Part shown: piece after piece, positions 28,101 to 37,444 of the stretch
Layout: the number at the start of each line of letters is the position of its first letter
How positions within the stretch are numbered: the stretch's first letter is position 1
Source: Kiritimatiellia bacterium
Lineage (GTDB): Bacteria > Verrucomicrobiota > Kiritimatiellia > RFP12 > JBMNHG01
Assembly (NCBI GenBank): GCA_050950285.1
Contig: JBMNHG010000002.1
Span: forward strand, 886,654-950,653
Reading direction: 5' to 3'
DNA length: 64,000 nt
Notes under the pieces: model-generated
What the model saw: the letters and a program-made list of their open reading frames with translations, nothing else
Databases searched by the model: none
What the model was told of the DNA's origin: nothing
Program-made: the position numbers and the translations under genes

Positions 28101-30892
28101 ACGCAGAAGGCACGGCCGTCCGGCTGGTTGTCGAAGGTCCAGAAATAGTCTTCGCGGCTCTGGGTGAAGAGGCAGTCCTCGGCGCGGATGTCCGCCTCGG
28201 AGCCATAGGCCGTGCCTTCGACGCGGAAGACGGCACCGGTGGTTTCGCGGAGCCAGAGCCCGGCAAAATGGGCCGAGCCGCCGTTGGCGAACAGGAAGAG
28301 GTTGTCCGCGCCGTTGGTGGCGTCGAGCACCGCGTAGTCCGTGCCCGCCTGGGTGCAGCGGATGGTGTAGCCGTTCGCGTCGAGCGGGAAGACTTCGCCG
28401 GCCGCAGGATCGTAGAGGCCGGGCGCGGCGTAGACGGTTCCGCCTTGCGCGGTCTGCGAGAGCGCGTGGGTGAAGGTGCGCCAGGGGGCGTCCGGACGGC
28501 CCGTGCCGGTCGTGTCGTCGCCATCCGGCGCGACATGGGCGTCGAGCCAGCTGTTGACGGTAATGGCCGCGGTAGCGCGGTCGACGAGGCCCACGTTGTT
28601 GGACACCACGAGTTCGACCGTGCAGGCGCCGTGGACCACGGGCGGATCGACCGTGAGGGAGAGGATGCCCGAGACGTCGTCGTAGGAGCCGTTGTCGATC
28701 CATGCGGGGTCGATCGCGGTGCCGTCCGTGGCGTTGATGTCGAGCGTGGCGTCCTTCGCGAGGGCGACGGGGGCCGTGCGGGTGTAGTGGATGTCGTAGG
28801 AGATGGAATTGGTCTCGTAGCCGCCGCCTTGGGCGAAGGAGCGCGTCCAGAGGACCACGGACTGCGGGCCTTCGGCGGTGAAGGGCGCCGCGAGCGAGCG
28901 GGGCGGGTTGTCGACGTCGAGGAAGGTCCAGGCGGAGGAGAGCGAGGAGGCGTTCGTGGAGAGCGTCACCTGGTAGTCGGTGCCTCGGGGGAAGTCCGGG
29001 AAGGAGACCACGTCGAGAAGGGTGGAGCCGGTGTAGTCGGTGTTGCCGGTGACGGGGTCGGCCACCTGGAAGAGGTAGGAGACGAGCTGGTAGGCGAGGT
29101 CGTCGTAGTAGGCGCCGGAGGGGTCGGTGATGCGAAGCCTCATGTAGTCGCCGCCACCGCCTTCCTGGAGTTTCAGGGTGATGGAGTTCAGGCCGGCGTA
29201 GAGGGTTCCGGCAGCGGCGTACTCGCCGCCCGCGCCGCCATGGCTCGCCATGAGGGTCCCGTTGTTCCAGAGGCGGAAGCCGTCGTCGTTGTAGTGGCGG
29301 AAGACCACGGGGCGATCCTCGGTGCCCGGAACGAAGATGTAGACGTGCCAGTATTTGATGTAGTTCGATCGGTCGGGCTCGGGGGTCCAGAGGCCGTCGG
29401 CGCGCGGGCATTCCATTTCGGTCCAGACGAGGTCGCCGTTTGCGGTGGTGGCGCCGGGAACGTCCTCATAGACCAGGCCGCCGACGGGACGCTGGGCGGT
29501 CTGCCCGCCGAATGCGGCGAGCTGGTCGGCGCCGATGTCGCCGACGCCCCCGACGCTTGTGTTGATGTAGTCGTTGTGGAAGTCCGCGCCGAGGTGGAGC
29601 AAGTGGGTGAGATAGCCCTGCGGGAGCGGGAAGGAGACGGAGGCGGGGCCGGATTCCCCGGGCGCGACGTACGGGGTCACGGTCACGTCCGCGGTGGCGG
29701 TGGCGGTGGCGCCCGCGTTGTTCACGATGGCGAGCGTGACCTGCGTGGTGCCGATGCCGAGCGTGGAGGGGGCGACAGACTTCGAGGCGATCCCGGTCGC
29801 GTCGGAGGAGCCTCCGTCCACTTCATCCGCGACAATCGTGCGGGTGCCGTCGGCGCCGGCCATGACGGAGATGTCGCGCGCGACCGCCGCAGGCGGGGTG
29901 GTGACGTAGGCGATGGAGTACGGGAAGTCGTTCGTTTCCGCGCCGGCGCCCGTCGAACGGAACCAGGCCACGAAGGTCACCGTGTCGCCGTTCTCCGCCT
30001 CGAAGTCGATGAGGCCGTCCGGGATCGTGGAAGAGACGTAGGCCGCCCACGCGTCTTCGGCCGGGGCGGAATGCTCGCCGACGGTGATCTGGTATTCGGT
30101 GGCGCCGGAGACGACCGGGAAATCGGAGACGACGACCGCGTTGGTCGCGGTGAAGCAGGCGTTGCCGTTCACGGGGTTGGCGACCTCGAAGGTGGAGTAG
30201 GCGCCGGCAATGCCGTACTTGCGCTGGAGGTAGGAGCCCACCTTGGCCTGCTCGACGTCGGTGAGGACGCGGTCGTAGAGGAGGACTTCGGAAACGTCGC
30301 CGTCGGAGAGTTCGGTGAGGTTCCACCAGCCGCCCAGGGCGAGCTGCGCGGGGCCGTAGACCCCGTTGGCATTGCGGGCGAGCAGGGTGCCGTTGTCGTA
30401 GAAGGCCGTGTAGGTGAAATCGCCATGGGCGGTCCAGATGTCGGGCGTGGTCGGGATGTTGCCCTCGGAATTCTTCACCCAGCCTTCCGCGTACATCCCG
30501 CGCCAGCCGCCGCCATGATAGCCGAGGAGCCAGTTGCGCGAAGAGGAGATGAGGCGCCCGTTCATCGTCCCGTGCATGCGCGCCACCACGAAAATCGTAT
30601 AGGGCGCCTCCACCGAAGTGGCGCAGCGGAGGAGGTCGCCGGTGAAGCGGACGGTGGGACGCCCGTTCAGGCCGGTGGAGGAATAGGTCGGAGCCGTGCC
30701 ATCCTGCACGGTGAAGTCCGATCCGTTCCCGGAAAGATCCGGCCAGGTGGAGACGGCCGCCCCTTCCTGCGCGCCGGGAATCTGGTCGGCGGCCACCCAG
30801 ACTTTCAGCCCGGAGGCGACAGGCGCGGCGGCGGCCGGACCTGCAATGAGAGCGCATGCGGACAAGGTGGCGAGGAAGGGACGGATCTTCAT
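25148..30892 (-). CDS. Large secreted multidomain protein (~1914 aa): LamG-like and PA14-like domains, Ig-like spacers, two right-handed beta-helix regions, C-terminal GTILLIR
   Basis: Signal peptide MKIRPFLATL...AAA; GDVSEVLLYDRVLT, DDGFRLW, GDD..GTG...PWRT..AL, SPA.DAG.N...DLDG..R and DLGCYE motifs. Confidence 0.75.
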   Translation of the reverse strand: MKIRPFLATLSACALIAGPAAAAPVASGLKVWVAADQIPGAQEGAAVSTWPDLSGNGSDFTVQDGTAPTYSSTGLNGRPTVRFTGDLLRCATSVEAPYTIFVVARMHGTMNGRLISSSRNWLLGYHGGGWRGMYAEGWVKNSEGNIPTTPDIWTAHGDFTYTAFYDNGTLLARNANGVYGPAQLALGGWWNLTELSDGDVSEVLLYDRVLTDVEQAKVGSYLQRKYGIAGAYSTFEVANPVNGNACFTATNAVVVSDFPVVSGATEYQITVGEHSAPAEDAWAAYVSSTIPDGLIDFEAENGDTVTFVAWFRSTGAGAETNDFPYSIAYVTTPPAAVARDISVMAGADGTRTIVADEVDGGSSDATGIASKSVAPSTLGIGTTQVTLAIVNNAGATATATADVTVTPYVAPGESGPASVSFPLPQGYLTHLLHLGADFHNDYINTSVGGVGDIGADQLAAFGGQTAQRPVGGLVYEDVPGATTANGDLVWTEMECPRADGLWTPEPDRSNYIKYWHVYIFVPGTEDRPVVFRHYNDDGFRLWNNGTLMASHGGAGGEYAAAGTLYAGLNSITLKLQEGGGGDYMRLRITDPSGAYYDDLAYQLVSYLFQVADPVTGNTDYTGSTLLDVVSFPDFPRGTDYQVTLSTNASSLSSAWTFLDVDNPPRSLAAPFTAEGPQSVVLWTRSFAQGGGYETNSISYDIHYTRTAPVALAKDATLDINATDGTAIDPAWIDNGSYDDVSGILSLTVDPPVVHGACTVELVVSNNVGLVDRATAAITVNSWLDAHVAPDGDDTTGTGRPDAPWRTFTHALSQTAQGGTVYAAPGLYDPAAGEVFPLDANGYTIRCTQAGTDYAVLDATNGADNLFLFANGGSAHFAGLWLRETTGAVFRVEGTAYGSEADIRAEDCLFTQSREDYFWTFDNQPDGRAFCVSALGVFDAFSPAIGTFDRCVFTNINRYALFQPTVGRSIFTLNDCVVVSNRVLRGVFSSYGAGNICSQQLYFNRTDFIGNRCLFLDTWYSNGYVHDCAEASVAYLAGNAQSGDPRYTSTMVADRTRFLGNQGGNLIGFDYCAPNVPKFTSCLFADNYAHQAMFQGHAAYPDFANCTFTRNSGGYAAGPANDLVTTFYNCIFHSDGAMSFTRNIASFPNKIILHDCILWNTPDGDGWGVAASSNVMQEDPILENVAVAYDDPAFNPRPRPYSPALDAGVNASLDVEARPLDLDSNARLADNDGDGVATLDLGCYESLFGATVVPTFQVPAPGAIYAIRGTAMTVPVSISPAAPGPVTASIAYPDCVTGPATLAFQDGAGPVDLTVTILPDSTNDWARAVLADSADPAGVTPYSLDFILSDPVVNAGHAQTVYLRTGDVFSIPVSIDCEGVVAPADIAVGLDSTSGTGSNQMAWQGPDTIAEGEAVSGGSLVITAGSGVNVATLSVGDGYVFAETGGDTVDITLVGYPDWMAVDPANGDDSRYIGTMDAPFRTVTRALSVMRDSGEVRLFPGDYTPAQETFPWTPGNIALVGYTAAGAVDAGFAGRTVTGSDAVTTLVKYDGVRNAVTNAAIANLAFRDTSNASVWIDGGSLALRHCDFTQTTANHNAGGGIVLRDNAQVSAEDCSFHDMTRLAAVLESANALNNNSVFTGTRCSFVRNNSAYGALAADNAMNSGRAALYDCEFAGNGVANGDRISELFRSPAIYLRMGSLRIERCRFLGNTGGQLIGATYYTAYVRDSLFAGNSNTNGIFRGYGQNMDVRNCTFVGNLGGYNTMNCNTTFYNCILRDGTLSMMPSDDWMDYCPIRINNSILWDMDEGLPFRYWTGSEHIWLDVDDYASNLMRVDPQLKRVDVAWDDPSFNAHPGGTSPARDAGNNAAVDTLFDLDGAPRIAYGTVANQSAGGDAIVDLGCYESDPVPSGTILLIR

Positions 30893-31170
30893 GGTCTTTG
30901 CTCCTGCGATGGGCGAAGGACGGCCCGTTGCCGACAGGCAAGGCATGCCGCCCGTTTGCCAGTTACTTGAAACAGAAGTTAACCCGGAAGCTCCATGCCG
31001 TCAAGGGGGAAAAGCCGATTCGCGGGGAACGACGGATCGCCCCCCGAATGGACGGGTCCGCGATTCCGTTCTTGCTTTCCCGCCGGAAATCCCTATGGTG
31101 TTTATCCATGTTTTCTTTCGGGGCCCCTGTATGGATCCCCGATCCTCGAAGCACCAGGAGAATGATCCCC

Positions 31171-33180
31171 ATGTCCACCACGAAGGCCTGTAAAAAGACT
31201 GCCCCCAGCGCCTGCAAGTGCACCGCTCCCACCCGGAACGCCAAGCTCCTCGCTTGGGTCGAGAACGTCGCCGACATCTGCCAGCCCGACGACATCTACT
31301 GGTGCAACGGCACGAAGAAGGAGTGGAAGGACATCTGCGAGAGGATGGTCGCCAACGGCCAGTTCATCCGGCTGAACCCCAAACTGCGCCCCGACTGCTA
31401 CCTCGCCCGCTCCGACGCCTCCGACGTCGCGCGCGTCGAAGACCGCACCTTCGTCTGCACCGGGAAGGAAATCGACGCCGGCCCGACCAACAACTGGATC
31501 GCCCCCTCGAAGGTGAAGGAAATCCTCCTCGGCAAGAAGGGCCTCTTCCGCGGCTGCATGAAGGGCCGTACCCTGTACGTCATCCCCTTCGCCATGGGCC
31601 CCCTCGGCAACCCCATCACCAAATACGGCATTGAAATCACCGACTCCCCGTACGTCGTCGTGAACATGGAGATCATGACGCGCGTCGGCACCGCCGTGCT
31701 CAAGGAGATCGACAAGGGCGCCGAGTACGTCCCGTGCCTGCACTCCGTGGGCGCCCCGCTCAAGAAGGGCCAGAAGGACGTCGCCTGGCCCTGCGCCCCG
31801 ATGGACAAGAAGTACATCTGCCAGCTGCCCGAAGATCCCGACTACAAGATCATCTCCTTCGGCTCCGGCTACGGCGGAAACGCCCTCCTCGGCAAGAAGT
31901 GCTTCGCCCTCCGCATCGCCTCCGCCCTCGCCCACGACGAAGGTTGGATGGCCGAGCACATGCTCATCCTCTCCTATACCAGCCCCCAGAAGAAGACCTA
32001 CCACATCACCGCCGCCTTCCCCTCCGCCTGCGGCAAGACAAACCTCGCCATGATGCTTCCCAAACTCGAGGACTGGAAGCTCGAAACCATCGGCGACGAC
32101 ATCGCATGGCTCAAGCCCGGAGACGACGGCCGCCTCTACGCCATCAACCCCGAGAACGGCTTCTTCGGCGTGGCCCCCGGAACCTCGAAGGACTCGAACC
32201 CCAACGCCCTCGAATCCTGCAAGAAGGGAACCATCTTCACCAACGTCGTCCTCACCGACGATGGCGACATCTGGTGGGAAGACATGGGCATCGACGCCCC
32301 CGAGCACGCCGTCGACTGGCAGGGCAACGACTGCTGGCGCGCCTCCGACCGAGCCGACAAGATGGTCCCCGAAAAGGGCGCCCCCTACGCCGGCAAGTAC
32401 AAGGACGCCAAGTGGGTCGCCGCCCACAAGAACGCCCGCTTCACCGCCCCCGCCCTCAACTGCCCCGTGCTGGACAAGGACGGCTTCAACGGCATCTATG
32501 AAGGCAAGAAGACCGGCGTCCCCATCGACGCCATTCTCTTCGGAGGCCGCCGGCCCACCACCATCCCGCTCGTGAACCAGGCCAAGGACTGGACCCACGG
32601 CGTCTTCATGGGCTCCTCCGCCGGCTCCGAAATCACCGCCGCCGTCATCTCCGACAAGATCGGCCAGGTCCGCCGCGACCCCATGGCCATGCTCCCCTTC
32701 TTCGGCTACAACGTGTGCGACTACTTCCAGCACTGGCTCGAAATGGAACGCACCTCCGTCGATGCCTCCAAGCTCCCGAAGGTTTTCTTCGTGAACTGGT
32801 TCCGCAAGACGGACAAGGACGAGTTCATGTGGCCCGGCTTCGGCGACAACTCCCGCGTCCTGAAGTGGATCTGCGAGCGCATCGAGGGCACGGTCAAGGC
32901 CAGGAACACCCCCATCGGCCTCCTCCCCTACCCCAAGGACATCGACCTCTCGAACAACACGGGCAAGGACAAGGTAAACCCGAAGCTCCTCGCCGAAATC
33001 CTCAAGGTCGACAAGGCCGGCTGGATCCAGGAGATCGAAAGCGTCGAGGCCGAGTATGCCGAGTACGAACGGAAGCCCTCGAAGGGCTCCGCGGTGGAGC
33101 TCCCGGCGGCACGCCGCATCCCCGTGGTCCTCAAGGCCAAACTCGCCGAAATCAAGGCCGCCCTCAAGGCCATGAAGTAG
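31171..33180 (+). CDS. pckG: Phosphoenolpyruvate carboxykinase (GTP)
   Basis: DVARVEDRT, GSGYGGNALLGKKCFALR, AFPSACGKTN, GDDIAW, NPENGFFGVAPG and WPGFGDN motifs. Confidence 0.96.
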   Translation: MSTTKACKKTAPSACKCTAPTRNAKLLAWVENVADICQPDDIYWCNGTKKEWKDICERMVANGQFIRLNPKLRPDCYLARSDASDVARVEDRTFVCTGKEIDAGPTNNWIAPSKVKEILLGKKGLFRGCMKGRTLYVIPFAMGPLGNPITKYGIEITDSPYVVVNMEIMTRVGTAVLKEIDKGAEYVPCLHSVGAPLKKGQKDVAWPCAPMDKKYICQLPEDPDYKIISFGSGYGGNALLGKKCFALRIASALAHDEGWMAEHMLILSYTSPQKKTYHITAAFPSACGKTNLAMMLPKLEDWKLETIGDDIAWLKPGDDGRLYAINPENGFFGVAPGTSKDSNPNALESCKKGTIFTNVVLTDDGDIWWEDMGIDAPEHAVDWQGNDCWRASDRADKMVPEKGAPYAGKYKDAKWVAAHKNARFTAPALNCPVLDKDGFNGIYEGKKTGVPIDAILFGGRRPTTIPLVNQAKDWTHGVFMGSSAGSEITAAVISDKIGQVRRDPMAMLPFFGYNVCDYFQHWLEMERTSVDASKLPKVFFVNWFRKTDKDEFMWPGFGDNSRVLKWICERIEGTVKARNTPIGLLPYPKDIDLSNNTGKDKVNPKLLAEILKVDKAGWIQEIESVEAEYAEYERKPSKGSAVELPAARRIPVVLKAKLAEIKAALKAMK

Positions 33181-33198
33181 CCCCCGGACGGAGCTTCG

Positions 33199-33239
33199 AA
33201 AAACGGCGCGCCGCACAAAAAACGGCGCGCCGTTTTTTT
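33199..33239 (+). terminator. Rho-independent terminator after pckG
   Basis: AAAAACGGCGCGCCG-loop-CGGCGCGCCGTTTTTTT. Confidence 0.8.
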
Positions 33240-33309
33240 CGCCACCCGCAAGCCGGAGAGGGGCCCGGGCGAGTTCGCGATTTCCTCAATGGCTGTTGGC
33301 CGCGACCGG

Positions 33310-33420
33310 CGGCAAGCCGATGCGCCGGCGCACGGCCAAAAGCGGCCCTCATGCCGGGCAACCCTTCTGGGGCTGCACCGGGTACCCCGCGTGCAAAGGC
33401 ACGCGGGAGATCGACGCCCA
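33310..33420 (+). pseudogene. Orphan fragment of a topoisomerase-type C4 zinc ribbon (C-terminal half only)
   Basis: GKPMRRRTAKSGPHAGQPFWGCTGYPACKGTREI, missing the first CxxC. Confidence 0.6.
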
Positions 33421-33504
33421 TCGACGCCCATCGACTGACGCCGACCCCGCCAGTCGAAGCCAGTCGATGTCCGTCGAGGCCAGTCGATGTCCGTCGAGGT
33501 CCGT
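33410..33504. repeat. 10-bp TCGA-core arrays in inverted orientation (ATCGACGCCC-type, then GTCGATGTCC/GTCGAGGCCA-type)
   Basis: Visible tandem units on either side of a short spacer. Confidence 0.7.
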
Positions 33505-33565
33505 CCGGCCGGGTTTTGCAAGCGCCTCCGAAGCGAGTTGAAGGTTCAACGGCTCTTTTTCGGAT

Positions 33566-35545
33566 CTATCGTTCCACCGCGAGCTCGAAGGGACCGCAGG
33601 GGAGATTTTCGGCTCCGACGAGGTTGCAGGCGGGGTAGTCGTCCCAGGCGTAGCGGACGCGCGCGGGCTCCATGCCTTCGGGGATGTCGAGCAGCACGCG
33701 CGCGCCGTCGATCGCGCCGGTCGCCCAGGCGAAACGCCCGTCCTCGCCCGCGAGCTGGAAGCCGGCCGGGGCCGCGCCATCGGCGGTCGCGAGCGCGGGC
33801 TTGCCCTTGAACCCGACCGCGACCTTTCCGTCCGCGACGCTTGCGGAAAGCGGGATCGGACCCGCATCGGCAAGCCCCTCCCCGCCGTAGGCGCGAACAC
33901 GCGCCAGACGCGCCAGGCGCTCGCCGACGGTCTTTTTGTCTTTGGGGTGGATGTCGTCGTGGTCCCCCACGTCGAGCAGTACGGCCGTGCCGCTTTGCCC
34001 GAGCGTTTCGCCCAGCTGCATCTGCAGCCAGCGCATGGCGGCCCAGTTGCTCTCGACCGGCTCGGGGTGCGTCTTGAGGTAGGGGGCAAGCTGCGCGATG
34101 TAGAAGGGGAGCCCGTCGGGCGAGGTGAAGTTCGCGCGCCAATCCGCGACGAGCGCGGGGAGCGCTTTGGCGTACAGCGGGACGCGGTCGACATCCGAGC
34201 AGCCCTGATACCAGATCACGCCCTTCATCGCCATCGGGAAGAGCGGGTGCAGCATGGCGTTGTAACAGGCGGAAACCGTCCAGGAGCCGGGGCCGCCGTC
34301 CGCCGGTTTGGCCGGATAGGGGATCCCCTTCGATCCACGCCACTCGCCCGCAAGCGGGATCGAATCGAGCCCCGGGAAGGTCATCCGCAGCGCATCCGGC
34401 TTGGCCGACGTGAAGCCGCCGTTCCCGCCCTGGTCGTCGATGCGGACGGCGACGACGTTCGCGCCCTCGCGCAGGAGGCCGTCGCGAAGCGTGTAGACCC
34501 GCTCCAGGCCCCACACCGCCGTGCTGCCGACGAGCTCGCCGTTCACATACGTCCGGTCGGAGTCGTCCAAGGTTCCCAGGCGCAGTTTCACGCCGGAGGC
34601 CGCGGCCTGCCCGGCGGAGAGCGTCACCGTGCGACGATACCAGGCGCATCCGTCGAAGCCTGCATGGAACTGCTTTTCGAAGGTCTGCGGGAGTTCGACG
34701 GTCTTCCAGGCCGCGTCGTCGAAGTCCTCGCGTTCCGCGCCGATGTCGCCGGCGGCCTTGCAGCCTGCCTTCCACTCCGCCATGCGCCTGCGCTGGCCGG
34801 CACGGCCGCCGGCGGCCTCGTAGGCGTCGCGCCGGACGCGCATTTTCCCGACCTCGTTCGCGGCGGCCGGATCCACGGCCCCGTAGGCCTCCTCCGAAAG
34901 CCAGGTGCGGACCGGCGAGCCGCTCCAGCAGGCGCCGACGAGCCCGACGGGCACGCCGGGAAGCGCCTCGCGCAGGGCCCTGCCGAAGAAGAAGCCGCAT
35001 GCCGGGAAGGTCTTGTTCGCGTCCGGTCCGCACACCGCCCATTCGCAAGGACGTTGAAGCGTCGCGAGCGGAGTGTAGGACGTCGCATGGAGGACGACGA
35101 AGAATCGCATCGCCTTGTCGGAGGTCCGTTCGATTTCGCCCTTGCCGCGCGTCAGGCCCCAGCCATGGCTCATCTCCATGTTCGACTGCCCGCCGCAAAG
35201 CCAGATGTCGCCGATCGCGATGTCGCGGAGCGTGATGGCGGCGGCGCCGTTCGTCGCAAGCGAGAGGCTGTGGCCCAGTCCGGGCCGGGTCTGGGGCGGG
35301 AAGGTCACGCGCCACGTGCCGTCCGCGTCCGCGAGGGTTTCGAGCGTCGCGCCATCGAGCGACACCGCGATTTTCGCGCCGGGTCCGGCGGTGCCCCAGA
35401 CGGGCAGCGGACAGTCCCGCTGCAACACGGCGTGCCGGGTGAAGGGCGCGCCGAAGGCGACGGGCGCCTCCGCCCGCGAAACGTCCGGGCAGGAGAAGAC
35501 CGCGACACAGAGGAGGAGGGACGGCGGGAGAAGGCAGGCTCGCAT
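33566..35545 (-). CDS. Sialate O-acetylesterase (SASA) family protein with an inserted sugar-binding domain
   Basis: Signal peptide; VLQRD, GDIWLCGGQSNME, IWYQG, DIHPKDK and VRYAW motifs. Confidence 0.88.
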   Translation of the reverse strand: MRACLLPPSLLLCVAVFSCPDVSRAEAPVAFGAPFTRHAVLQRDCPLPVWGTAGPGAKIAVSLDGATLETLADADGTWRVTFPPQTRPGLGHSLSLATNGAAAITLRDIAIGDIWLCGGQSNMEMSHGWGLTRGKGEIERTSDKAMRFFVVLHATSYTPLATLQRPCEWAVCGPDANKTFPACGFFFGRALREALPGVPVGLVGACWSGSPVRTWLSEEAYGAVDPAAANEVGKMRVRRDAYEAAGGRAGQRRRMAEWKAGCKAAGDIGAEREDFDDAAWKTVELPQTFEKQFHAGFDGCAWYRRTVTLSAGQAAASGVKLRLGTLDDSDRTYVNGELVGSTAVWGLERVYTLRDGLLREGANVVAVRIDDQGGNGGFTSAKPDALRMTFPGLDSIPLAGEWRGSKGIPYPAKPADGGPGSWTVSACYNAMLHPLFPMAMKGVIWYQGCSDVDRVPLYAKALPALVADWRANFTSPDGLPFYIAQLAPYLKTHPEPVESNWAAMRWLQMQLGETLGQSGTAVLLDVGDHDDIHPKDKKTVGERLARLARVRAYGGEGLADAGPIPLSASVADGKVAVGFKGKPALATADGAAPAGFQLAGEDGRFAWATGAIDGARVLLDIPEGMEPARVRYAWDDYPACNLVGAENLPCGPFELAVER

Positions 35546-35568
35546 GGATGTTCCGGAATCTGAAGCGG

Positions 35569-36312
35569 CTAGGGAAGGTCGAGCTCGCCGAGGTCTTTCA
35601 CGGTGTCGAGCACGCGGATGCCGCGAAGGGAATCGGCGTGGCGGACGGGGAGCATCCCCATCGTGTCGCCCGGGCCGATCTCCTGGCGGACGATTTCGCG
35701 GGTGTTCTGGATGGTCCAGCCGAGGTTCACATCCTCCGCGAGGACGATCTTGATGCTCCGGATCTGGATGTCCGCGCGCACCTCCGCACTTTGCAGCGTG
35801 ACCGGGCGCGAGCGGAGTTCCTGGAGGAGGGCGCGGGCCTGTCCGGCATGCCCCGTGATGCCCTCGCACCGCTCCACCCGCTTCTCGTTGAAGAAGGCGT
35901 TCGAGGCCTCGATCTTGGCTTGGATGGACTTCCGGTCCTTCGCGGTCAGCGTGCTCTCCCGGCGGAGAAGCGCGAGACCTTCCACGAAGCGGTTTTCGAA
36001 GAGCACGGCGAGGTCGTATTTCCCGGCCGGGAGGCCCTGGAAGGCGAACGTTCCATCGTCCCCGAGCCAGGCGAGGTAGACCGACCGCCACTTGTCCTGT
36101 GGAATGGCGAAGACGCCCAGCACCTCCCCCTGGGCAATCTTCCCGCGGAGGCCGCCGGTGGCCTGCGGGTCCTTGGGCGTGTAGAGCTGCGAAGACTGCT
36201 GCGTCCCGGTATAGGGCGACAGCGCGCCGGGGGTGATGCGATGTCCTGCCCAGGCAACCGTCCCAAGCGAAAGCGCGATCGCCCCCGCCATGCCAATCAA
36301 CCGTTTCATCAT
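35569..36312 (-). CDS. Secreted hypothetical protein (carboxypeptidase-regulatory-like beta domain)
   Basis: Signal peptide MMKRLIG...AWA; DGTFAFQGLPAGKYDL motif. Confidence 0.6.
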   Translation of the reverse strand: MMKRLIGMAGAIALSLGTVAWAGHRITPGALSPYTGTQQSSQLYTPKDPQATGGLRGKIAQGEVLGVFAIPQDKWRSVYLAWLGDDGTFAFQGLPAGKYDLAVLFENRFVEGLALLRRESTLTAKDRKSIQAKIEASNAFFNEKRVERCEGITGHAGQARALLQELRSRPVTLQSAEVRADIQIRSIKIVLAEDVNLGWTIQNTREIVRQEIGPGDTMGMLPVRHADSLRGIRVLDTVKDLGELDLP

Positions 36313-36433
36313 AGCCGTAGCATACGCCCGCAAGGCGGAAAGCGCAAGCCGCGCGACATCCGGAACAAACGGGGCAGGCCCCGGATTGGGGGGCCGGGGC
36401 CGGTCCTCCACGATGCAGACGCCGAAGGGTGGG

Positions 36434-37444
36434 TCAGAGGATCTTGAAGCGGGGAAGGTCTTGGATGTCGATGCATCCGACGAGCTTCCCGGAGGCGTCG
36501 ACCACCGGGACGTCGTCGATCTGGTGGGATTCGAGGATGCGCAGGACGTCCACGGCCATCTGGGAATCGAGCACGCGGATGGGGTCGGCGCTCATGAAAT
36601 CGGAGACGGGACGCTTCAGCACGCCGACGCCGGACTTGGCGAGGCCGCGGCGGAGGTCGCCATCCGTGAAGATGCCTCGCAGGGCGCCGGAGGCGTCCGC
36701 CACGCAGGCGGAGCCGGCCTTCGCGTGGGTCATGGCGAAGAGGGCCTGCTCGACGGAAGCGGAGGGTTCGACGCAGGCGAGGTGGTCGCCGGTGCGCATG
36801 ATGTCGCCGGCGCGGGTGAGCAAGGCGCGGCCGATGGCGCCGGCGGGATGGAAGCGGGCGTAGTCCTCGCGCCGGAAGCCGCGCGCGAGCATGAGCACCA
36901 TGGCGAAGGCGTCTCCCACGGCCAGGGTCGCGGTGGTGCTGGTGGTGGGGGCGAGGTTGAAGGGGCAGGCCTCGCGGGCGACGGACACGGTCACGGCCAC
37001 GTCGCTGCAGGTGGCGAGCGTGCTGCCGGGATTGCCGGCCAGCGAGACGATGGGGACGCCCAGGCGCCGCACGGCGGGAACCACCTTGAGGAGCTCCTCG
37101 GACTCGCCGGAGAAGCTGATGGCGAGGAGCACGTCGTTGGGGCCGACCATGCCGAGGTCGCCATGCATGGCCTGCATGGGGTTGAGGTGCACGGACGGCG
37201 AGCCGGTGGAAGCGAGGGTGGCGGCGATCTTCTCGGCGACGTGGAGGGATTTGCCGACGCCGGAGACGACGATTTTCCCGCCGGCGAGGTTTTTTTCGAG
37301 GAAGAGCCCGATGGCGTCGAGGAAGGATTCGCCAAGGGCGTCCCGGGCGCTTTGGAGGCCCTCGATTTCGATGTCCATCACCTCCCGGGCGCGGGAGATC
37401 CAGGCGGAGCGATCCGGATTTTGAGGGGGGGCGGGGGTATTCAT
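36434..37444 (-). CDS. kdsD: Arabinose-5-phosphate isomerase (KpsF/GutQ; SIS plus 2 CBS domains)
   Basis: GVGKS, HGDLG, EACPFNLAPTTSTT, HPAG.IG and GIFTDGDLRR motifs. Confidence 0.92.
   Translation of the reverse strand: MNTPAPPQNPDRSAWISRAREVMDIEIEGLQSARDALGESFLDAIGLFLEKNLAGGKIVVSGVGKSLHVAEKIAATLASTGSPSVHLNPMQAMHGDLGMVGPNDVLLAISFSGESEELLKVVPAVRRLGVPIVSLAGNPGSTLATCSDVAVTVSVAREACPFNLAPTTSTTATLAVGDAFAMVLMLARGFRREDYARFHPAGAIGRALLTRAGDIMRTGDHLACVEPSASVEQALFAMTHAKAGSACVADASGALRGIFTDGDLRRGLAKSGVGVLKRPVSDFMSADPIRVLDSQMAVDVLRILESHQIDDVPVVDASGKLVGCIDIQDLPRFKIL

Noticed and set aside
26045..30970. 1641-aa plus-strand ORF
   Set aside because: Antisense shadow of the large secreted protein; the same applies to other long Arg/Gly/Ala-rich shadow ORFs in the window.
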